Source: Bacteroidales bacterium (GTDB taxonomy: Bacteria; Bacteroidota; Bacteroidia; Bacteroidales; GCA-2711565). Taken from it: 64,000 bases of DNA. The notes beneath the pieces were generated by a model that was not told where the DNA came from, ran no database searches, and saw only the letters and a program-made list of their open reading frames with translations. The position numbers and the translations under genes are program-made. Positions 36,735 to 45,548 of this stretch are shown here, in pieces. Position 1 is the stretch's first letter. The number at the start of each line of letters is the position of its first letter. The stretch covers positions 11,119 through 75,118 of the forward strand of contig JANQLW010000016.1 in assembly GCA_028280405.1 (NCBI GenBank), written 5' to 3'.

Positions 36735-39017
36735 TCAATAATCAATATCATTTTGTTCTCTTAATTTTGCTGCAATCGCTAATTGTCCAAGGGCCAGACT
36801 ACCATCATTGGATGGTGTATTCAGGTGTGAATAAACCTTAAAGCCTTTTCTAGACAAGAGATTTTCTGTTTTTTCCAATAGATATCGGTTTTGAAAACTT
36901 CCCCCTGATAAAACAACTTTATTGATTCCTCTCTCAGATTTTAGTTTGTCAGCGACTGCAAAAATAATATTAATAATAGTATTGTGGAATTTTGTACTGA
37001 TAAATCCCTGGCTTATCCCCTTATTTAGATCAGTTAGTATTTCATCAAAACATAATTTTAGGCCTATACTATCATTCATGGTGAATTTATAATGATCGTC
37101 GGTTTCTAAATTAATAGCTGCTTCCAGCCTCATTGGGGCTTCTGCATGAAAGCTTGCTTTAGTACAAAGATTAACCAAAGCAGAAACAGCATCAAAGAGT
37201 CTTCCACAACTTGAAGTTTCAGGGCAATTTAAGTTTTTGTCGAGCATATCCAGAATGAGATTTAATTCGAATTCCGGGATATTTTTTAAAAACTCCATAT
37301 TATTCCAATCGAACTTTCTTCCATAAAATTTGTGAAGATAACTAACTGCCATTCGCCATGGATTTTTAGTGGCTTGATCTCCGCCCGGCATTTTTACATA
37401 ATCAAAATATGTGATTCGTTCATATTTGGCTAAGTCGCAGATAAAAAATTCTCCGCCCCATATTTTATGATCATTCCCCAGTCCAACTCCATCAAAAGCA
37501 ACCCCAATAACCGCTTCATCTAATTTATGCTCAGCCATACATGATGCGATATGAGCATGGTGATGTTGTATAGCTATTTTAGGAATAATGTTCTGTTCCA
37601 ATGCATATTTAGTTGATAGATAGTCTGGGTGTAGGTCATGTGCTATTAAAGTGGGTTTTAATCTAAATAGTTTTTTAAATCTTTCTATAGACTCAGAATA
37701 GAACTCAAGTGTTTCCAGATTTTTTAAATCCCCAATATGTTGACTTAAAATTGCCTGCTTGCCTTTTCCAAGTGCAAAACAATTTACCAATTCAGCTCCT
37801 GTTGCAAAGATCCCTTCTGTATTTAAGTTGAGATGTACCGGGTTTGGAACATAACCTCTGGATCTTCTTATAAGCCTGTGTTTTTTATTAGTCACAAAAG
37901 CAACAGAGTCATCTGTCCTGTTGTGGATATCTCTATTATAGGTTAAAATGGCATCTGTTATTTCTGAGAATTGCTTAATTGCTTCTTCATTGTTGATTAT
38001 AATAGGTTCGTCTGAAATGTTGCCACTTGTTAAAACGATTGTATTTAGTGTTAAGTTTTCAAATAATTGAAAATGAAATGGCATATAAGGTAACATTACT
38101 CCTACCGAATCGAAGCCCATGGATACGCCTGGTGCAAGCTTTCTGCTGTTCTTTAATAATACAATGGGTTTTCTCCAGGATGTAAGTAGATCAATCTCTT
38201 CAGAAGTGGGAGAGGAGATCTCTTTTAGTGCCTTTATGTTTCTGCACATTACGGCAAAGGGTTTTCCATCCCTGTTCTTGAGGTTTCTTAAACGCTCAAC
38301 CGCATGCTGATTAGTTGCGTCACATGCTAAGTGAAAGCCTCCCATGCCTTTTATTGCAAGGATTTTACCTTCCTTTAAATATTGAGCTGTTAGATTCAAT
38401 ATAAGATTAAAATCTTCAATAATTTCGTTATTAATAATTAGGCTGTATTGTGGCCCGCAAGTGTTGCAGGCAACAGGTTGTGCATGAAACCTTCTATCTA
38501 ATATATCTGTATATTCCCCATTACAAATATTGCACATTTTAAATGGGGCCATACTCGTCATTTCTCTGTCGTAAGGCAAATCTTTGATAATCGTAAATCG
38601 TGGGCCACAGTTGGTACAATTGATAAATGGATATTCAATTCTGTGCGGCTGAGTTTTTAAATCTTCGATACACTCTTTACAGACCGAAATATCCGGACTG
38701 ACCTCAGTGATGTCATCCGATTTGTTTTCGCTCTTTATAATTGAGAATTCTGAAAACTTTTCCAAAGGAATATCATCAGTTTGAATAGAAGTAATATTAG
38801 ATGCTTGTGGAGCTTCAAGTTGAATAGCACTGATGAACTTTTCTATGACTTTCGTTTTTCCTTCTGCTTTTATGAATACTCCATCATTACTGTTCTCCAC
38901 CCAGCCATTTAAATTGTATCTGCAAGCCAAGCGATAGATGTAAGGCCTGAAACCAACACCCTGAACCAATCCCTGGATATGTATGTATTTATTTGTGATT
39001 TTATCCTTCTTACTCAT
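36735..39017 (-). CDS. hypF: Carbamoyltransferase HypF
   Basis: 760 aa. It has the acylphosphatase-like N-terminus (IQGLVQGVGFRP), two zinc-finger CxxC pairs, and YrdC-like and Kae1-like domains. Confidence 0.95.
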   Translation of the reverse strand: MSKKDKITNKYIHIQGLVQGVGFRPYIYRLACRYNLNGWVENSNDGVFIKAEGKTKVIEKFISAIQLEAPQASNITSIQTDDIPLEKFSEFSIIKSENKSDDITEVSPDISVCKECIEDLKTQPHRIEYPFINCTNCGPRFTIIKDLPYDREMTSMAPFKMCNICNGEYTDILDRRFHAQPVACNTCGPQYSLIINNEIIEDFNLILNLTAQYLKEGKILAIKGMGGFHLACDATNQHAVERLRNLKNRDGKPFAVMCRNIKALKEISSPTSEEIDLLTSWRKPIVLLKNSRKLAPGVSMGFDSVGVMLPYMPFHFQLFENLTLNTIVLTSGNISDEPIIINNEEAIKQFSEITDAILTYNRDIHNRTDDSVAFVTNKKHRLIRRSRGYVPNPVHLNLNTEGIFATGAELVNCFALGKGKQAILSQHIGDLKNLETLEFYSESIERFKKLFRLKPTLIAHDLHPDYLSTKYALEQNIIPKIAIQHHHAHIASCMAEHKLDEAVIGVAFDGVGLGNDHKIWGGEFFICDLAKYERITYFDYVKMPGGDQATKNPWRMAVSYLHKFYGRKFDWNNMEFLKNIPEFELNLILDMLDKNLNCPETSSCGRLFDAVSALVNLCTKASFHAEAPMRLEAAINLETDDHYKFTMNDSIGLKLCFDEILTDLNKGISQGFISTKFHNTIINIIFAVADKLKSERGINKVVLSGGSFQNRYLLEKTENLLSRKGFKVYSHLNTPSNDGSLALGQLAIAAKLREQNDIDY

Positions 39018-39086
39018 TTACTCTTAATTATTTGGAGTAATACCGAGGCAAAAATAATTTTTTTATTTAATATCTTTTGCTTTGAT

Positions 39087-39108
39087 AAATTAAACTTAAG
39101 TTTAATTT
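39087..39108. promoter_or_regulatory. 22-bp perfect palindrome in the hypF / rex2 divergent promoter region
   Basis: AAATTAAACTT|AAGTTTAATTT overlaps or abuts a TAATTTTG -7 box (39103-39110) for rex2. It is AT-rich, so chance occurrence cannot be excluded. Confidence 0.35.
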
Positions 39109-39169
39109 TGTTAAACTATTTTGTGCTAAATAAATTTAGTAGTTAGCCTGATTACAATTATTTTTTTCT

Positions 39170-39787
39170 ATGAAATTACCAAAGAGAACTGTTCAGCGAT
39201 TAAGCCGTTATCGTAGGTTGCTATTTAAATACCGATATTTATCAGAGCCTTATATTTACTCTCATGATTTGGCAAGGTTGCTAAATCTTAACCCTGTTCA
39301 GGTGAGACGCGATTTAATGCTGATTGGAAGTTCAGGTAATCACCGAAAGGGGTATAATGTAAACGAACTGAATGATCTAATCGCTAATACTATAGATAGT
39401 TCTGAAGTTCAAAATGTAGGTATTGTTGGAATAGGTCGGCTAGGCCAGGCCATTTTGAATTATGTTTCTGATCAGGAAATGAATTTAAAAGTTGCCGCAG
39501 TTTTTGATATTGATAATAAAAAGGTAGGCAAAGAGTATGGAGATATTATGTGTTATGATATAAGCCGTATGTCGGAAATCGTGTTAGAAAAGAATATCTC
39601 TATTGGCATTATTGCCATACCTTCCGAATTTGCTACTTCAATAGCTGATATCCTTTTAAGATCCGGAATGGAAGGTATTCTTAATTTTACTAATGTGCAC
39701 CTGGATTTACCTAAGCATATTTACCTGAAAGAATTTGATATTATTACTACCCTCGAGGAAATGGCATATTTTGTGAAAAATAAGTAG
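39170..39787 (+). CDS. rex: Redox-sensing transcriptional repressor Rex (paralog 2)
   Basis: 205 aa. RLSRYRR...VQVRRD winged helix and Rossmann fold VGIVGIGRLGQA. It lies directly upstream of hoxF. Confidence 0.9.
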   Translation: MKLPKRTVQRLSRYRRLLFKYRYLSEPYIYSHDLARLLNLNPVQVRRDLMLIGSSGNHRKGYNVNELNDLIANTIDSSEVQNVGIVGIGRLGQAILNYVSDQEMNLKVAAVFDIDNKKVGKEYGDIMCYDISRMSEIVLEKNISIGIIAIPSEFATSIADILLRSGMEGILNFTNVHLDLPKHIYLKEFDIITTLEEMAYFVKNK

Positions 39788-40015
39788 AAATACCTGTAGC
39801 AAGTAATTTTACCTTATTTAGAAAATAGGTATGATAATTATCATTTAAGAGAAAAAATATGTGTGTTCTTATTCTGTTATTTATTCCCAAAGTGCTGTGA
39901 TGTATAGTGTCATATACTTTCTAATAATATCATGCTTCTTTTTATTTATTTAAACCTTTTCTAAATATCGACCTTTCTTTTATATATTAGGTAAAAACAC
40001 TTAATTTTGTGTCGT

Positions 40016-40033
40016 TTGTTAATTAATTAACAA
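40016..40033. promoter_or_regulatory. Perfect Rex operator at the hoxF promoter
   Basis: TTGTTAATTAATTAACAA is a perfect 18-bp palindrome identical to the TTGTTAA-N4-TTAACAA Rex consensus. It lies 6 nt downstream of a TAATTTTG -7 box (40002-40009) and 50 nt upstream of the hoxF ATG. Confidence 0.7.
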
Positions 40034-40083
40034 ATTAGATTGCTAACAATTCAATTAAGGTATATTAAAAACAAAATTAATTT

Positions 40084-41877
40084 ATGAGAACTACTGTAAA
40101 AAGCATTATTGAGAAATACAATAATGATAAAACCAGATTAATGGACATTTTAATTGATGTTCAGAAGGAATTCGGTTTTATACCTGATGAAGCTGTTGAG
40201 GTTATTGCTGAAGGTTGTGGTTTATCAAAAGTGGATGTTAATCAGACACTTTCGTTTTACCACTTCTTTACAAAGAAACCTGTAGGCGAATATGCCGTTT
40301 ATCTTAACAACAGCGCAGTAGCTGAAATGAAAGGCTTTGCAAGTGTTGCCAAAGCATTCGAAGAAGAAGCCGGATGCGCATTTGGTGAAGTTACCGAAGA
40401 CGGTAAAATTGGATTACACGAAACCGCTTGTATCGGTATGAGTGACCAGGAGCCAGCAGCTATTATTAACAATGTTGTATTTACCAATCTTACTCCCGCC
40501 AAAGTTAAAGAGATTGTTGGCCAGATGAAAGCTGGTAAAGATGTTAAAGAAATGATCTCTGCAAAAGGAGATGGAAAAAATGCGAATGAATTAATCAATG
40601 CTGAGGTATTTAACAATATTCGTAAAAAAGGTGAAGTTATTTTCTCAGATTACGAAATTGGTACTGCTTTGAAAAAGCTTGGTACCATGAATCCTGAAGA
40701 AGTAATTGATGAGGTAAAAGCTTCTTATGTGCGTGGTAGAGGTGGAGCTGGTTTCCCTACAGGCTTAAAATGGGAATTCTGCCGTAAATCGGAAGGTACA
40801 CGTTATGTGCTTTGTAATGCTGATGAAGGTGAACCAGGTACTTTTAAAGAAAGAGTAATCTTAACAGAGGTTCCTAAATTATTATTTGAAGGTATGGCTG
40901 TTTGTGGCTATGCGATCGGTTCTAAAGTAGGGATTCTTTATTTAAGATATGAATATAAATATTTGGAAGCTTATCTTGAAAATGTGCTTGCAGAAATGAG
41001 AGCTTCTAATTTATTAGGAAAAAATATTCAGGGAATTGAAGGATTTGATTTTGATGTCAGAATTCAATTTGGAGGTGGAGCTTATGTTTGTGGTGAAGAA
41101 TCTGCATTGATAGAATCTGCGGAAGGTAAACGCGGTGAACCACGTAACCGTCCTCCATTCCCGGTACAAAAAGGATATATGGATTCTCCAACTGTTGTAA
41201 ATAATGTGGAAACTCTTTGTTCAATTGTTAAAATTATGAATAAAGGTTCTGAATGGTTTACGATGATGGGTTCACGTGAAAGTGCAGGTACTAAATTATT
41301 AAGTATTTCCGGAGATTGTAAATATCCAGGTGTATATGAAATTGAATGGGGCTTGAGAGTAAGAGATATGCTTGAAATGGTTGGTGCCGAAGATGTCCAA
41401 GCTGTACAAGTTGGCGGACCTTCAGGCGTAATGATTGGCCCTAAAGATTTTAAACGTACTATTTGTTTTGAAGATCTTCCAACAGGTGGTTCGATCATGA
41501 TTTTCAATAACGAACGTAAACTGATAGAAGATGTTGTTACTAATTTCACTGATTTCTTCATTGAAGAGTCCTGTGGATCTTGTGTTCCTTGTCGTGCAAT
41601 CACCGTTTTATTACGTCAAAGACTTCAAAAAATTATTGATGGTAATGGTGTAATGAGTGATATTGATGAGTTAAAAGACTGGGCTGAAAAACTGAAAGTT
41701 GCCAATCGTTGTGGATTAGGCCAAACTGCAGGTGCTCCGGTATTAACCACTATCGAGAATTTCCGCGATAAATATGAAGCACTTGTGCAAAAAGATATTG
41801 ACTTTGATTCAGGATTTGATTTGGAAGCTTCAGTTCAGGCTTCTTGTGCATTCGTTGACAGAACTCCAAATTTATAA
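40084..41877 (+). CDS. hoxF: NAD(P)-reducing hydrogenase diaphorase subunit HoxF (NuoE-like + NuoF-like fusion)
   Basis: 597 aa with NADH/FMN site GRGGAGFPTGLKWEF and 4Fe-4S ESCGSCVPCR. The N-terminal NuoE-like part has lost most 2Fe-2S Cys ligands (VYLNNSAVAEMKG..ETACIGMSDQEPA). Confidence 0.9.
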   Translation: MRTTVKSIIEKYNNDKTRLMDILIDVQKEFGFIPDEAVEVIAEGCGLSKVDVNQTLSFYHFFTKKPVGEYAVYLNNSAVAEMKGFASVAKAFEEEAGCAFGEVTEDGKIGLHETACIGMSDQEPAAIINNVVFTNLTPAKVKEIVGQMKAGKDVKEMISAKGDGKNANELINAEVFNNIRKKGEVIFSDYEIGTALKKLGTMNPEEVIDEVKASYVRGRGGAGFPTGLKWEFCRKSEGTRYVLCNADEGEPGTFKERVILTEVPKLLFEGMAVCGYAIGSKVGILYLRYEYKYLEAYLENVLAEMRASNLLGKNIQGIEGFDFDVRIQFGGGAYVCGEESALIESAEGKRGEPRNRPPFPVQKGYMDSPTVVNNVETLCSIVKIMNKGSEWFTMMGSRESAGTKLLSISGDCKYPGVYEIEWGLRVRDMLEMVGAEDVQAVQVGGPSGVMIGPKDFKRTICFEDLPTGGSIMIFNNERKLIEDVVTNFTDFFIEESCGSCVPCRAITVLLRQRLQKIIDGNGVMSDIDELKDWAEKLKVANRCGLGQTAGAPVLTTIENFRDKYEALVQKDIDFDSGFDLEASVQASCAFVDRTPNL

Positions 41878-41897
41878 TCTATTAAAGAAAACAGATC

Positions 41898-42728
41898 ATG
41901 AGTATCTTCAAAAAAATATTCGGTAGAAAATCTTCAAAACCAAAAGTTGTGGAGATTGAAAAAGAAGAAGTTACTGTGGAAGACAAAAAAATAATAGTAG
42001 AAGAAAAAGAAATAAAAAATAAAACAATGAGCGAAAAAATAAAATTTACAATAGACGGCAAAGAATGTCTTGCGGAAAGAGGACAGAATGTTCTTGACGC
42101 TGCTTTGGACAATGGGATTTATATCCCATATCTATGTCATGTCAGAGGTGTAAAACAAGCTGGTTCATGTCGTGTTTGTAATGTAAAAGTTGCCGGCCGT
42201 ACCATGACCGCCTGTACTACTCCGGTAGCTCCCGGAATGGAAGTTGAAAACAACACTGCTGAATTACGTGAACTTCGTTTAACCATTATCGAAGCCCTAT
42301 TCGTAGAAGGAAATCACTTCTGTCCTTCATGTGAAAAAAGTGGTAATTGCGAATTACAGGCGTTAGCCTATCATTATCAAATGATGGTGCCACGTTTCCC
42401 TTATGCATTCCCACAGAAAAAAGTTGAAGCTGATAATTCAAAAATATTAATTGACCGTAATCGTTGTGTATTATGTAAACGTTGTATCCGTTCATTTAAA
42501 GATGAAAACGGAAAGAGTTACTTTGCATTTACGAAAAGGGGCCATAAACTTGAAATCAGTATGGATAAAGAAATAGCTGCAAACCTTACTGATGAAAAAG
42601 CTCAGGAAATTATGGATACTTGTCCTGTAGGTGCCCTTATCAAGAAAGAAAAAGGATTTGACGAGCCAATTGGAAGTCGTAAATTTGACAAACAGGCAAT
42701 TGGTAGTGATATTAAAAGCGTTGTTTAA
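41898..42728 (+). CDS. hoxU: Hydrogenase diaphorase Fe-S subunit HoxU (NuoG N-terminal-like)
   Basis: Fe-S cluster motifs CHVRGVKQAGSCRVCNV, HFCPSCEKSGNCELQ, CVLCKRCIR and CPVGAL. The first 43 residues are a K/E-rich extension, and an alternative start at 42027 (MSEKIKFTIDGKE) would give a canonical length. Confidence 0.85.
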   Translation: MSIFKKIFGRKSSKPKVVEIEKEEVTVEDKKIIVEEKEIKNKTMSEKIKFTIDGKECLAERGQNVLDAALDNGIYIPYLCHVRGVKQAGSCRVCNVKVAGRTMTACTTPVAPGMEVENNTAELRELRLTIIEALFVEGNHFCPSCEKSGNCELQALAYHYQMMVPRFPYAFPQKKVEADNSKILIDRNRCVLCKRCIRSFKDENGKSYFAFTKRGHKLEISMDKEIAANLTDEKAQEIMDTCPVGALIKKEKGFDEPIGSRKFDKQAIGSDIKSVV

Positions 42729-42752
42729 TTAAATTAATGGAGGTAACAAATA

Positions 42753-43301
42753 ATGAGTAAAGCAATAGTTGCAACAACATCATTAGCAGGCTGCTTCGGA
42801 TGCCATATGTCACTACTTGACATCGACGAAAGAATTCTTAAACTTATCGAATTGGTTGAGTTTAATAAATCTCCGATTGACGATATCAAAACTTTCACAA
42901 AACAATGTGATGTAGGTTTGATCGAAGGCGGTTGCTGTAATAGTGAAAATGTTCACGTATTAAAAGAATTTAGAAAAAACTGTAAAATATTAATCTCTGT
43001 AGGAGAATGTGCAATCATGGGTGGTCTTCCGGCTATGCGTAATAATATTCCTGTTGAAGAATGTATTCAGGAAGCATATCTTGACGGGCCTACTGTTGGA
43101 AACAACACTGATAAAATTCTTCCGAATGATGATGAACTTCCAATGATTCTTGATAAAGTTTATCCTTGTCATGAAATCGTGAAGATTGATTATCATCTTC
43201 CAGGTTGTCCTCCACGTGCGGACTTATTATGGGAGGCTTTAGTTGCGCTTCTTACTGGAAATGAATTGAAATTACCTTACGAAGTTGTTAAATTTGATTA
43301 A
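42753..43301 (+). CDS. hoxY: [NiFe]-hydrogenase small subunit HoxY (group 3 type)
   Basis: 182 aa with proximal-cluster motifs LAGCFGCHMSLLD, GECAIMGG and LPGCPP. Confidence 0.9.
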   Translation: MSKAIVATTSLAGCFGCHMSLLDIDERILKLIELVEFNKSPIDDIKTFTKQCDVGLIEGGCCNSENVHVLKEFRKNCKILISVGECAIMGGLPAMRNNIPVEECIQEAYLDGPTVGNNTDKILPNDDELPMILDKVYPCHEIVKIDYHLPGCPPRADLLWEALVALLTGNELKLPYEVVKFD

Positions 43302-43313
43302 AAAGAAAAGAAA

Positions 43314-44765
43314 ATGGCAAAAAAGATAACTATAGAACCTGTAACCAGAGTAGAAGGCCACGGTAAAGTGACCATTCACTTGGATGATAACGGACAAGTT
43401 ACACAGAGTCGTTTACATATTGTTGAGTTTAGAGGATTTGAACGCTTTGTACAAGGTCGCCCTTACTGGGAAGCTCCGGTATTAGTTCAACGTCTTTGTG
43501 GTATTTGCCCGGTATCTCACCATCTTGCTGCTGCGAAAGCATTAGATGTTATCGTTGGAGCTGGTACCGGTGAAGGATTAACTCCTACTGGAGAGAAAAT
43601 GCGTCGTTTGATGCATTACGGACAAATGTTCCAATCGCATGCACTTCACTTTTTCCACTTAGTATCTCCGGATTTACTATTTGGAATTGATGCAGATCCT
43701 GCAATCAGAAATGTAATTGGCGTTGCCCAAAAGTTCCCGGATCTTGCAGTTCAAGGTGTGATGATGCGTAAATACGGACAGGAAATTATTAAAGCTACCG
43801 CAGGTAAGAAAATCCACGGTACCGGTGCAATTCCTGGTGGTATCAACAAACACTTAACTGAAGAAGAAAAACAAAGCTTCTTAAACGGGCCAGATCCAAT
43901 GAACATCGATAAGATGATTGAATGGTCGCATGCCGCACTTGAATTATTCAAAGGCTATCATAAAGAAAATGCAGGATTGATTGATTCATTCGCAGCATTT
44001 GATTCTAGTCACTTATCATTAGTTCGTAAAGATGGTGCATTAGACCTTTATCATGGTGTTCTTAGAGCAGTAGACAAAGATGGTAACAAAATTCTTCATG
44101 ATGTAGATTATCAGGATTATCTGAAATATATTGGCGAAGAAGTACGTGACTGGTCATATATGAAATTCCCTTACTTATTAGAGTATGGTAAAGAAAACGG
44201 TTGGTATAGAGTAGGTCCTTTAGCTCGTTTAAATACTTGTGACTTTATTCCAACTCCATTAGCTCAAAAAGAGTTTGAAATTTATAAAGCTTACACAAAC
44301 GGTAAGCCAAATAATATGTCAATGCATATGCACTGGGCTCGCTTGATCGAGATTTTACACTCAGCTGAGATGATGAAAGAATTATTGAATGATCCTGACT
44401 TACTCAAAGGTGACCTTGTTACTAAAGGTGAAAAACAAAGCGAAGGTGTTGGTTTAATTGAAGCTCCTCGTGGAACTTTATTCCACCACTATGAAGTAAA
44501 CAAAGATGATCAGATTACGATGGCTAACTTAATTGTGTCTACTACCAATAACAATGAACCAATGAACTTAGCTGTTCGCAAAGTAGCTGAAGATCAAATG
44601 ACCGGACAAGCGGAAATTACCGAAGGTATGATGAATGCATGTGAAGTTGCTATCCGTGCTTATGACCCATGCCTAAGTTGTGCGACTCACGCATTAGGTA
44701 AAATGCCTCTTGAAATGTCCCTTTATGACGCTAAAGGAAACTTAGTTGATAAGAAAAGATCATAA
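43314..44765 (+). CDS. hoxH: [NiFe]-hydrogenase large subunit HoxH
   Basis: 483 aa. The N-terminal RLCGICPVSH and C-terminal DPCLSCATH motifs are the Ni-Fe ligands. They are followed by a 24-aa tail, which is the protease-cleaved extension. Confidence 0.95.
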   Translation: MAKKITIEPVTRVEGHGKVTIHLDDNGQVTQSRLHIVEFRGFERFVQGRPYWEAPVLVQRLCGICPVSHHLAAAKALDVIVGAGTGEGLTPTGEKMRRLMHYGQMFQSHALHFFHLVSPDLLFGIDADPAIRNVIGVAQKFPDLAVQGVMMRKYGQEIIKATAGKKIHGTGAIPGGINKHLTEEEKQSFLNGPDPMNIDKMIEWSHAALELFKGYHKENAGLIDSFAAFDSSHLSLVRKDGALDLYHGVLRAVDKDGNKILHDVDYQDYLKYIGEEVRDWSYMKFPYLLEYGKENGWYRVGPLARLNTCDFIPTPLAQKEFEIYKAYTNGKPNNMSMHMHWARLIEILHSAEMMKELLNDPDLLKGDLVTKGEKQSEGVGLIEAPRGTLFHHYEVNKDDQITMANLIVSTTNNNEPMNLAVRKVAEDQMTGQAEITEGMMNACEVAIRAYDPCLSCATHALGKMPLEMSLYDAKGNLVDKKRS

Positions 44766-44793
44766 ATTGATTAACCTCAATTAGATTGTACAA

Positions 44794-44842
44794 ACAGGTT
44801 GCAAATGATAGGATAATTCCTGAAATTGCAGCCTGTTTTTTT
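44794..44842 (+). terminator. Rho-independent terminator after hoxH
   Basis: ACAGGTTGCAA-(21 nt)-TTGCAGCCTGT forms an 11 bp stem including one G-U pair, followed by TTTTTTT. It starts 29 nt after the hoxH stop. Confidence 0.65.
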
Positions 44843-44928
44843 AGTTTGAAGCATAGGGCTTGCAGCCTGTAGCTTTATTTAATTTAGAATTATTATAAAT
44901 AAACTAATTATTTTATTAAATTTGATAT

Positions 44929-45417
44929 ATGAAAATATTACTATACGGATATGGTAATCCCGGTAGACAAGATGATGGTTTAGGAAATGTTTTTATTGAC
45001 AGAATTGAAGAATGGATCAAAAAACAAGGAATTGAAGGGATTGAATTAGATAGTAATTACCAACTAAATATAGAAGATGCAGAAGCGATATCCGGTAAGG
45101 ATCTTGCAATTTTTATTGATGCATCGGTAGAGGATATTGAAGACTATTGTATCTCGAAGGTGACCGAATCTTCGGAAATTACATATACAACTCATGCAGC
45201 TTCTCCCGGCTATATCGTGGATTTGTGTAAACAAATTTATGGAAAAGCTCCGGTAACCTATTTAGTACATATTAAAGGAGTTGAATGGGCTTTTAAAGAA
45301 GGGCTTACTGAAAAAGCAGTCTCTCATTTGGAAATGGCTTTGGAGGCAATTAAGCCGTTTTTATTAAACCCACAACCTTTAATAGACGGAACTGCAGAAT
45401 ATAAAACCTGTAATTAA
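44929..45417 (+). CDS. hoxW: Hydrogenase maturation endopeptidase (HoxW/HycI family)
   Basis: 162 aa with the N-terminal motif LLYGYGNPGRQDDGLG typical of the family. Confidence 0.85.
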   Translation: MKILLYGYGNPGRQDDGLGNVFIDRIEEWIKKQGIEGIELDSNYQLNIEDAEAISGKDLAIFIDASVEDIEDYCISKVTESSEITYTTHAASPGYIVDLCKQIYGKAPVTYLVHIKGVEWAFKEGLTEKAVSHLEMALEAIKPFLLNPQPLIDGTAEYKTCN

Positions 45418-45548
45418 TCTATTGAATAGATTATAATACTGATTATGATTAAATCTATTTTGTAGATTAAAGTTAATTAAATTGATAGAAGATTGTTTTT
45501 TGAGGTTTAAAGTCTTTTATCAAATGTCTAACATCTTAATTTTATACT

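Noticed and set aside
39111-39128. Canonical Rex box at the rex2 promoter
   Set aside because: Only one half-site (TTGTTAA) is present. The partner position reads ATTTTGTG, so there is no dyad symmetry. I therefore do not call a Rex operator there.
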